From contig CAXGWI010000044.1 in assembly GCA_964013405.1 (NCBI GenBank), forward strand, positions 1 through 24,024: DNA of 24,024 nucleotides, in the 5' to 3' direction. This document shows positions 1 through 7,455 of this stretch, one piece after another. Origin of the DNA: an uncultured Myxococcales bacterium. GTDB lineage: Bacteria > Myxococcota > UBA4151. The notes below the pieces were generated by a model. That model searched no databases. It saw only the letters and a list, made by a program, of their open reading frames with translations, and was not told the origin of the DNA. Every line of letters begins with the position of its first letter. Positions within the stretch are counted from its first letter, which is position 1. The position numbers were made by a program, and so were the translations under genes.

Positions 1-800
1 TGGAGCTCTCCAGCTATCAGTTGGAGCTTCCCCTCGGCCTTTCGCCGGTGGGTGCGATCATCACCAATCTGGCGCCGGATCATCTGGATCGCTACGCGGA
101 TGTGACGACCTATTACCGCACCAAATGGCGGCTGGTCGAAGCCCTTGAGCCCTCGGGACTCGCCGTTTTGCCGAAGGACGATGAGGCCATCGAGGGATTG
201 GCTGCTGCCTTCATCCCGAGCGCGCGGTTACAACGCTGTGAAGCTCGCATGGTCGAGGGTTGGCCGACCGCAGAATCCCTTTCGAGTCCGAGTGGTCGCA
301 CGAATCTAGCCCAGGCGGCGACGATGGCTCGGCATCTGGGCGTCGGCGAGCACGAGATTCGGCAGGCGGGACAGGCTTTCGATGGGCTGCCCCATCGCCG
401 GCGTGTGGTTGGACGTTATGGGGGACGCTTGTGGATCAACGACAGCAAAGCGACCAACGTCGCCGCTGTTGTCGCCGCGCTGGCCGATGCTGAGGAGCCC
501 GTGATCGTCCTCCTCGGGGGGCGGGGTAAGGGCGAGGACTACCGACCGATCGCCCGGGCGATGGAGGGTCGGCGGGCCGAGGCTATTTGCTACGGTGAAG
601 AGGGGCCTGCGCTGGCAAGGGCCACACAGGGCACCTGCGTTGACACCCTGGTTGAGGCAGTCGCTCGGGCCCGCCAGTCAGCGCCCTTGGGGGCCACGAT
701 CCTCCTGGCTCCCGCCTGCGCTAGCTTCGACCAATTTGCCGATTACGCCGAGCGGGGCCGGACCTTCGCTCGCTTGGCTGCAGAGGGTGGGGCCGAATGA
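1..800 (+). CDS. murD: UDP-N-acetylmuramoyl-L-alanine--D-glutamate ligase (5' truncated by window edge)
   Basis: Frame is open from base 3 and reads ELSSYQLE. Contains NLAPDHLDRY, INDSKATN, GGRGKG and LLAPACASFDQF..YAERG. Stop overlaps the ftsW start (ATGA 797-800). Confidence 0.95.
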   Translation, partial: ELSSYQLELPLGLSPVGAIITNLAPDHLDRYADVTTYYRTKWRLVEALEPSGLAVLPKDDEAIEGLAAAFIPSARLQRCEARMVEGWPTAESLSSPSGRTNLAQAATMARHLGVGEHEIRQAGQAFDGLPHRRRVVGRYGGRLWINDSKATNVAAVVAALADAEEPVIVLLGGRGKGEDYRPIARAMEGRRAEAICYGEEGPALARATQGTCVDTLVEAVARARQSAPLGATILLAPACASFDQFADYAERGRTFARLAAEGGAE

Positions 801-1951
801 GAAGCTTGGAGATCCAGCGAAACGAGCGAGCCGTTTGGGGTGATCCTCTGGTGGTGATGGTGGTGGTGGCCCTAGCCGGCCTAGGTCTGATTAATGTGTA
901 TGCCAGTACCGGCGTCCATGCCGGCTCGGCCTTCCTCAGTCGTCAGGCGACGGGCCTCCTGCTGGGCCTGGTCGTCACCCTTGTCGTGACCCGCATGCCC
1001 TTGGCTTGGCTCGAGCGCTTCTTTTGGCTGGGCGTCGTCGCCCTCTGCATCCTCCTTCTACTCACGCTCTTCTCCCCCCTTGGTGTCGTCAAAAACGGTG
1101 CTCGTCGTTCCATGAATCTCGGCGCGTTCTTCTTGATGCCTGCCGAGTTGGCGAAGCCAATCCTCCTGCTCTGGACCGCCTACTTCTTTAGCCTGCAGAG
1201 GGCCTGGACTCGGCGGGATATCACCATCTTTTCCGCCGGTCTTCTCCTGCCCCTTGCGCTCATCGTCGGGACCAAAGACCTGGGCACGCCGGCGGTGCTT
1301 GCCGCGGGGATTTTCACCGTTTGGTTCCTGTCCGGAGCCCCGTGGCGATACATGCTGCCTGCCTTGGGTGTCGGTGCCGGCATCATCGCCTTGCTCATCG
1401 CAACCGCTGGTCATCGTTTGCGCTATGTGCGGGCCTGGCTGGACCCTTACTGTAGCCTGCGGCCCGCAACGGGCGACCCAACCGTTCACCGGGCCTGTCT
1501 CGATGAGACCAATGCGCTGCGGCAGAGTTTTCAGGCCATTGCGGATGGAGGATGGTTCGGGACACCGCTGGGCGGTGGTCAGGGGCCCCTGCACGTGATG
1601 GAGGGCCATAACGATTTCATCGGTGCCTTGGTGGCTGAGCAATTCGGGCTGCTCGGGCTCATTGGCATGGCGGCCCTTTTTACCATTCTCTTGGTGCGCG
1701 GTCTTCGGATCGCCGCGAGGGCGCCGTCCCGGTTTTCAGCGCTGGTGGTTTCGGGGGCAGGTTGCCTCATCTTCATCCAGGCTGCGGTCCACTTCGCCGT
1801 GGTCAGCGGCGCCATTCCGCCCAAGGGGCTCACACTCCCATTGGTCAGCGCGGGCAACTCCAGCATGCTGGCAACGGCCTGCTTAATTGGTTTTATCCTC
1901 AATATTGCGCGCCATCAGGCCGATCCACCAGAGGGGGGCTCGGGATTGTGA
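797..1951 (+). CDS. ftsW: SEDS-family peptidoglycan glycosyltransferase FtsW (divergent)
   Basis: Multi-TM protein with NGARR, PAELAK, DLGT, EGHNDFI (catalytic Asp) and PPKGLTLPLVS motifs. Lies between murD and murG. Confidence 0.92.
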   Translation: MRSLEIQRNERAVWGDPLVVMVVVALAGLGLINVYASTGVHAGSAFLSRQATGLLLGLVVTLVVTRMPLAWLERFFWLGVVALCILLLLTLFSPLGVVKNGARRSMNLGAFFLMPAELAKPILLLWTAYFFSLQRAWTRRDITIFSAGLLLPLALIVGTKDLGTPAVLAAGIFTVWFLSGAPWRYMLPALGVGAGIIALLIATAGHRLRYVRAWLDPYCSLRPATGDPTVHRACLDETNALRQSFQAIADGGWFGTPLGGGQGPLHVMEGHNDFIGALVAEQFGLLGLIGMAALFTILLVRGLRIAARAPSRFSALVVSGAGCLIFIQAAVHFAVVSGAIPPKGLTLPLVSAGNSSMLATACLIGFILNIARHQADPPEGGSGL

Positions 1952-3045
1952 AGCGCTTGTTGCTAGCCGGTGGAGGCACCGGGGGTCATCTTTATCCGGC
2001 CATGGCGGTGGGCCAGGCCTGGCGAGAGCGCTTTGGCGAGGAAGCCGAGCTCCTCTTCGTGGGGACCGCAGACCGGATCGAAGCCACGGCTGTCCCCCGG
2101 GCCGGTGAGCGACTCGAGACCATCGAGATCACGGGCATCGTCGGCCTATCGGGTTGGCGCAAGGTCCTCGGGCTGTTGCGCCTACCCAGGGCCCTTTTCC
2201 AGGCCGTTGGAATCATCCGTCGCTTTCGCCCCGATGTGGTGCTCGGCGCCGGTGGTTTCGCCAGTGGCCCAACGGTCGCTGCAGCCTGGCTCATGGGCTA
2301 CCCCACGGCGATTCTTGAGCAAAACAGCATGCCGGGTGTGACCAATCGGATTCTGGGTAAGCTCGTTCGTCGGGTCTTCACCCAATTTCAGGCCACTGCA
2401 GATTGGTTCGCCGCTCGAAAGGTGAGACAGGTAGGCAATCCTGTCCGTCTAGACCAACTGCAAAGTGTGGATCAACGGGAGGTCGCGACCGGCCCGGAGA
2501 TCCATGTTCTGGTCTTGGGCGGGAGCCAAGGAGCCCAGGCCCTCAACGAGGGGCTCCCCGCGGCCATCGCGGCCATGCCCGAAGCCCTTCAGACCCGACT
2601 GGCGGTCGTTCATCAGGCTGGACCGAAACGGGACCTAAAGCCGATTGAAGAAGCCTACGGGCAAACCCGTGCAAAAGCGGCCGTTCTTCCCTTCCTGGAC
2701 GATATGCCCCAGCGCTACGCATGGAGCGATCTGTGCGTTTGTCGCGCGGGCGCGATGACGGTCACGGAGCTCGCCGTTGCGGGGCGAGGCGCCGTGTTCA
2801 TTCCTTTTCCCTTGGCCACCCATGACCACCAGCGCCATAACGCCCAAGAATTGGTGGATCAGGGGGCGGCGCGGCTCGTGGACCAAAGTCACTTAGACCC
2901 CCAACTCGCCCATACCTTGGAAGAGCTAGCCCAGCATCCCGAAGCCCTGCGCACCATGGCTCAGGCCTCCAAGGAGCTGGGGCGACCCGACGCGGCCCGA
3001 GCCGTTGCCGGTGAACTCGCCGAACTCGCTGGATTGGGAGCCTGA
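1948..3045 (+). CDS. murG: Undecaprenyldiphospho-muramoylpentapeptide beta-N-acetylglucosaminyltransferase
   Basis: AGGGTGGHLYPA, EQN..PG.TN, GNPVR, GGSQGA, RAGAMTVTEL and HQRHNA motifs. Start reassigned to GTG 1948 (GTGA overlap with the ftsW stop, GAGGGGG upstream). Confidence 0.97.
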   Translation: MKRLLLAGGGTGGHLYPAMAVGQAWRERFGEEAELLFVGTADRIEATAVPRAGERLETIEITGIVGLSGWRKVLGLLRLPRALFQAVGIIRRFRPDVVLGAGGFASGPTVAAAWLMGYPTAILEQNSMPGVTNRILGKLVRRVFTQFQATADWFAARKVRQVGNPVRLDQLQSVDQREVATGPEIHVLVLGGSQGAQALNEGLPAAIAAMPEALQTRLAVVHQAGPKRDLKPIEEAYGQTRAKAAVLPFLDDMPQRYAWSDLCVCRAGAMTVTELAVAGRGAVFIPFPLATHDHQRHNAQELVDQGAARLVDQSHLDPQLAHTLEELAQHPEALRTMAQASKELGRPDAARAVAGELAELAGLGA

Positions 3046-3046
3046 C

Positions 3047-4441
3047 ATGGGCATGCGGCGAGAGGTTAAACGAATCCACTTCGTTGGGATCGGCGGGATT
3101 GGGCAAAGCGGTATCGCTGAAGTGCTCCGAGCCCAGGACTTCAAGGTCTCAGGCTCGGATTTGGCCGCGGGGGCGATGGTCACCCGGCTTCGGTCCCAAG
3201 ACATCGAGGTGACGGTTCCCCACCAGGCCGAGGCCGTTGACGGCGCTGATGTCTGCGTCGTCTCCAGCGCGATCCCACCCAGTAACCCCGAGATCCAACG
3301 GGCCCATGAACTGGGCATTCCCGTCATTCGGCGGGCCGAGATGCTCGGAGAGTTGATTCGACTCCAAACCGGTCTGTGTGTCGCCGGTCAGCATGGCAAG
3401 ACCACGACGACCTCCATGGTCGCAGAGGTCCTCACCGCCGGTGGTTTGGATCCCACCGTGATCAACGGCGGTGTGCTCGCCAGCTTGGGGAGCAATGCCC
3501 GTTATGGCAAAGGCTCTTATCTGGTCTGTGAGGCAGACGAGAGCGACGGCTCCTTTTTGAGCCTGTCACCAACCTACGCCATCATCACCAATCTCGCTGG
3601 CGCCGACCACCTTGAAACCTGGCCAGGGGGGATGCCGGAGTTACAGGAAGCCTTTCTGCGCTTCGCCAACTCAGTGCCATTCTATGGGCGCATCGTCCTT
3701 TGTCATGATGATCCCTATCTGCGGGAGATGCTCCCCAGCCTGACTCGGCCCCACGTGACCTATGGCTTGGGAGCGACCGCCGACTATCAGGCCATGGAGT
3801 TAGAATACGGTCCGGGCTGGACCGCTTTTTCCATCCACCATCGAGGTGAAGATCTCGGTCGGATTCGGATGCCTGTGCTCGGGGCCCACAATGTACGCAA
3901 CGCCTTAGCTGCAGCAGCGATGGGCATGGAATTAGGCGTCGAGGTCGCCTCCATCCGGAGCGCACTTGAGCAGTTTGCCGGGGTAGGGCGCCGCTTCGAA
4001 ATCGCCGGCGAGGTGGGTGGCGTGATGGTGGTCCACGACTATGGGCATCACCCCACGGAGATCGAGGCGGTGTTGAAAGCCGCTCGCCGGGCCTGGCCCC
4101 AGCGGCCGATCCGGGCCCTTTTCCAGCCCCACCGCTACAGTCGTTTTCGCGATCAGTGGGACGAGTTTACCGCCTGCTTCGACGATGCCCAGGCCGTTGT
4201 TGTCAGTGACGTCTATTCGGCCGGCGAAGCGCCCATCGATGGCGTCGATTCCCCCTCCTTTGCGGAGGCTGCTCGGAGTCGGGGGCATCGGGGCGTTGCA
4301 TACGCCGGCCATGTGGCAACGGCCGCAGAACAGCTCGCGGCCCAAGCTGAGGCCGGTGAGATCCTTATCTTATTTGGAGCCGGTGACATCCACCGGCAGG
4401 TCCCCCCTCTCATGGAGAGACTGGAAGGAGGCGCTGCGTGA
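3047..4441 (+). CDS. murC: UDP-N-acetylmuramate--L-alanine ligase
   Basis: IHFVGIGGIG.SG, GSD, HGKTTTT, EADESDGSFL, GVGRRF, DYGHHPTEI, FQPHRYSR and GAGDI motifs. Start at ATG 3047 (alternative 3053) after GGGAG. Confidence 0.97.
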   Translation: MGMRREVKRIHFVGIGGIGQSGIAEVLRAQDFKVSGSDLAAGAMVTRLRSQDIEVTVPHQAEAVDGADVCVVSSAIPPSNPEIQRAHELGIPVIRRAEMLGELIRLQTGLCVAGQHGKTTTTSMVAEVLTAGGLDPTVINGGVLASLGSNARYGKGSYLVCEADESDGSFLSLSPTYAIITNLAGADHLETWPGGMPELQEAFLRFANSVPFYGRIVLCHDDPYLREMLPSLTRPHVTYGLGATADYQAMELEYGPGWTAFSIHHRGEDLGRIRMPVLGAHNVRNALAAAAMGMELGVEVASIRSALEQFAGVGRRFEIAGEVGGVMVVHDYGHHPTEIEAVLKAARRAWPQRPIRALFQPHRYSRFRDQWDEFTACFDDAQAVVVSDVYSAGEAPIDGVDSPSFAEAARSRGHRGVAYAGHVATAAEQLAAQAEAGEILILFGAGDIHRQVPPLMERLEGGAA

Positions 4442-5382
4442 AGACAGGCGCTCGGAGCGAGACGAGAATCGAAACCCAAACCCAGACGAGACAGAGCCGT
4501 CTCGTGGATCGGTTGGGAGGAGGGCTTCTCTTCGATCAACCCCTCAGCGAACTCTGCTCTTTCGGTGTGGGAGGCCCGCTTCAGTATCTCTACAAGCCAG
4601 GGACCACCCGGGAACTTCAGGATGCGTTGCTGATCGCGTCCGAACTGGCCATGCCCACGCGCTTTGTTGGCCTGGGGAGCCGGGTCTTGGCCGGCGATTG
4701 GGGATTCAAAGGTCTGGGGATTCGTTTGGGGGGCGCCTTGGCGCAGGTGGCCGTCGACCCCCAGGACCCGCGGTATCTCTTGGTGGGAGCCGGATGTCCG
4801 ATCGAGACCTTACTGCCGCAGGCTCTGGAGCACGGTATCGACGCGAGTTGTCTCGCCGGCCTGACGGGGAGTTTGGGCGGCGCGTTGCTCGCAGGAGACC
4901 CTGGTTATGACGCCGAGCTGCGGACCCTCATCGACAGCGCTGAGGTGATCGACCGAGAGGGCCAAGTCCGGTGGGTGGTTCGGGCCCGCTCTCAAACCAT
5001 CGCTCGCCTCGGTGGCTTTGCCGCACTCACCCGGGTGCGGTTGGGGCCAAGGGATCCAGATCTCGACACGGAACTTGCGGCAGCTCGGGCCAAGGCCTGT
5101 CAGGAGTTTCGTCAGGCCTTTCGGCCGGAGGGGCCCTTTCTCGGACCGATCTTCAAAAACCCAGAAGGCCAGTTGGCATCCCATTTGGTGGATCGGGCCG
5201 GTTTGCGGGGAGCCCGTATCGGTCAAGCACAGTTCTCTTTGGTGCAGTCGAACTATCTTGTGAACCTGGGGGGAGCGACAGCCCGGGACGCACTGGAGCT
5301 GATGGACCTTGCGACCTACCGGGTTAAACGGAAGCTAGGCTGCAGTCTGCAACTCGAGGTCCAGTTGATGGGGGCCTTCTAG
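4438..5382 (+). CDS. murB: MurB-fold protein (UDP-N-acetylenolpyruvoylglucosamine reductase family), catalytic motifs degenerate
   Basis: Aligns by eye over its length to type II MurB (PL...SFGVGGP, G.GS, GSLGGA, FKNP, N.LVNLGGATARD, L.LEV) and follows murC. The catalytic Ser and FAD-binding motifs are altered (see findings). Confidence 0.85.
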   Translation: MKTGARSETRIETQTQTRQSRLVDRLGGGLLFDQPLSELCSFGVGGPLQYLYKPGTTRELQDALLIASELAMPTRFVGLGSRVLAGDWGFKGLGIRLGGALAQVAVDPQDPRYLLVGAGCPIETLLPQALEHGIDASCLAGLTGSLGGALLAGDPGYDAELRTLIDSAEVIDREGQVRWVVRARSQTIARLGGFAALTRVRLGPRDPDLDTELAAARAKACQEFRQAFRPEGPFLGPIFKNPEGQLASHLVDRAGLRGARIGQAQFSLVQSNYLVNLGGATARDALELMDLATYRVKRKLGCSLQLEVQLMGAF

Positions 5383-5384
5383 GG

Positions 5385-6122
5385 ATGAACAACCTGGGCA
5401 GCGATATTCCTTCTTCTCCGCCAGCATCGGGCTTTCGCGTCGCGCCATTCCTCTTGGCCGCGCTCTGTCTCGCGCTGGTGGGGTGGACGGCCCAGTTAGC
5501 TGCTGAGGGCGACCTCTTTCGGATCCAGGAACTCGACGTCCGTGGGCTTCCGCCGGATCAAGCAGAGATTGCAAAAGTCTACGCGGGGATCCCCAAAGGA
5601 ACCCCGCTGTATGCGGTGGATGTGGAGGCCCTACGACGACGGCTCCAGTATCTCCCGGGCATCACGCAGATCGAAATCAAACGGGAACTTCCCAACCGCC
5701 TGATCATCGAACTGCTGCCCGATGAAGCCCGGGCCGCAGCCCTACTCAATGGGCGGCGAGTCCTCCTCAACCGTAAAGGTCAGGCCTTCTCCATGGATGA
5801 GAAGACCCAAGATCTTCCCATCGTGATCGGGGGGGAGACCGCTGGAGATCTGCGTTTGGCGGTGTCAGCGGTCAATGCTTTCGCCGCGGTACGTGAGCCT
5901 GACGAATTGGCGATGGTTCGGGTCGGCCCCCTTGGGGTCAGCCTTTGGGACCGGACGGGCGTCGAACATCGATTGGGGAAACGTCGCCTGCGGGAGCGAC
6001 TGGAGCGGGGCACTCGAGTCTTGGAAGAGGCCCGGCGGCGAGGTGTGAAACTAGATCGTTTACTGCTGGACGATGAGGGGCACCCTAATCGGGTGGTCGC
6101 TCGTTTAGGCCGGGGAGGCTGA
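5385..6122 (+). CDS. ftsQ: Cell division protein FtsQ/DivIB (TM + POTRA domain)
   Basis: Single N-terminal TM, then a POTRA-like segment (FRIQELDVRG...LYAVDVEALRRRLQYLPGITQIEIKRELPNRLIIEL) and LPIVIG. Directly upstream of ftsA. Confidence 0.85.
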   Translation: MNNLGSDIPSSPPASGFRVAPFLLAALCLALVGWTAQLAAEGDLFRIQELDVRGLPPDQAEIAKVYAGIPKGTPLYAVDVEALRRRLQYLPGITQIEIKRELPNRLIIELLPDEARAAALLNGRRVLLNRKGQAFSMDEKTQDLPIVIGGETAGDLRLAVSAVNAFAAVREPDELAMVRVGPLGVSLWDRTGVEHRLGKRRLRERLERGTRVLEEARRRGVKLDRLLLDDEGHPNRVVARLGRGG

Positions 6123-6132
6123 GGGGACGCTT

Positions 6133-7392
6133 ATGATGGGATACAGCGACTATTTCGTTGGGCTGGATATCGGCACACGAACCGTGCGTGCAGCGGTCTG
6201 TGCCAGTGATCTCGGCGGGGCTGAGTTGAAGCTCCTTGGCTTGGGTCAGGTCCCGAGCGAGGGCATGAACCGAGGGGTCGTGGTCGACATCAGTGCCGCG
6301 AAGAACGCGGTCCGTCAGGCCATCGAGGCGGCCGAGGCCGAAGCCGGCGTGGAAGTTGAGTCAGCCCTCGTGGGCATCGCTGGCAGCCATATCCGCTCGC
6401 TCAACAGCACCGGTGTCGTGGCGATCAAAGGCTTGGAGATCACGCCGAGCGATGTGCGCCGCTGCGTTGAAGCGGCCAAGGACAATGCGTTACCATCAGA
6501 CCGGCGCATCATCCATGCTCTACCCCAAGACTTTAAGGTCGACGACCACGTGGGTGTTCGTGAGCCGGTGGGGATGAGTGGGAAACGACTCGAAGCCCAA
6601 GTTCATGTCGTCAGCGTCTCGGTCAATGCCGCGAACAACGTGGTGAAGTCGGTCAAGGCCGCAGGCTTTGAAGTTGAGGATGTCATCCTCGATCCGCTGG
6701 CATCCGCGGCCGCTGTACTCGACGATGACGAGCGACAACTCGGGGTCTGTGTTGCCGATCTAGGCTCCGGAACCACCGACCTTGCCGTCTATCGAGACGG
6801 AGCGCTCATTCACAGCAGGGTGCTCCCCCTCGGCGGCGAAGCTCTGACCAAGGCCATCAGTACGGCCTTGCTCACCCCCTTCGCCGAGGCCGAGCGCGTG
6901 AAGGTGGAAGCAGGGGCTGCCTGTGCTCACCTTGTTGAGCCTGATGACTGGATGCAGATCGGCTCGGTCGGTGGTCGGGCGAGCCGCAAGGTTGATGTGC
7001 TGAGCGTTGCCCGGATCATCGAAGAGCAGATGTCTGGGCTCTTTGCTTCGATTCTGGCTGAGTTAGAAGCCAATGACCTGACGCAGCATCTCGGTGGCGG
7101 CGTGGTCATCACCGGCGGCGGGGCTCAGATGCGGGGCATGGCGGAGCTCGCGGAGCGGGTCCTGGGTCTTCCCGTTCGTCGGGGCACGGTCTCGGGCGTC
7201 TCTGGGATCCCGAGGCAGGTCCGTTCCGAATCGCTGGCGACCGTCCTGGGGCTCTGCCTCTTTGGTAAAGCCCAGGCCGGCGATCCCCTGCGGAGCGCGC
7301 GTCGGCATCGGATGGGTGATGGCGACCAGACTGGTTTGTTCAAGATTACCAAGAGGTTAATGGACTTCTTCTCGGGCTACGGTGAGGCCTAG
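6133..7392 (+). CDS. ftsA: Cell division protein FtsA (copy 1)
   Basis: LDIGT, GVVVDI, EPVGMSGKRLE, DLGSGTTD, AERVK and VITGGGA motifs. Ends in an amphipathic helix LFKITKRLMDFF. GAGGGG RBS. Confidence 0.96.
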   Translation: MMGYSDYFVGLDIGTRTVRAAVCASDLGGAELKLLGLGQVPSEGMNRGVVVDISAAKNAVRQAIEAAEAEAGVEVESALVGIAGSHIRSLNSTGVVAIKGLEITPSDVRRCVEAAKDNALPSDRRIIHALPQDFKVDDHVGVREPVGMSGKRLEAQVHVVSVSVNAANNVVKSVKAAGFEVEDVILDPLASAAAVLDDDERQLGVCVADLGSGTTDLAVYRDGALIHSRVLPLGGEALTKAISTALLTPFAEAERVKVEAGAACAHLVEPDDWMQIGSVGGRASRKVDVLSVARIIEEQMSGLFASILAELEANDLTQHLGGGVVITGGGAQMRGMAELAERVLGLPVRRGTVSGVSGIPRQVRSESLATVLGLCLFGKAQAGDPLRSARRHRMGDGDQTGLFKITKRLMDFFSGYGEA

Positions 7393-7409
7393 AAAATTAG
7401 GAATTAATG

Positions 7410-7447
7410 GCTCCCTTCGGGCGGGCCGAAACATGGAGGCAGGGAGC
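7410..7447 (+). promoter_or_regulatory. Stem-loop in the ftsA-ftsZ intergenic region covering the ftsZ Shine-Dalgarno
   Basis: GCTCCCT (7410-7416) is the exact reverse complement of AGGGAGC (7441-7447), which ends 8 nt before ATG 7456. Nested hairpin TCGG-gcggg-CCGA at 7417-7429. Confidence 0.4.
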
Positions 7448-7455
7448 ATCTCATT

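Noticed and set aside
1762..1947. 62-aa N-terminal extension of MurG
   Set aside because: It lies inside ftsW; the MurG fold starts at GTG 1948.
3047..4441. Small MurC motif deviations (GIGQSG, GQHGKT, TNLAGADH, HDYGHH) as a sign of changed specificity
   Set aside because: Key residues (GKT, EADE, DH, DYGHHPTE, HRYSR) are intact, so no functional claim is supported.
4438..5382. Calling the murB-like gene or ftsA2 a pseudogene
   Set aside because: Both are full length with no stops or frameshifts and are translationally coupled to neighbours.
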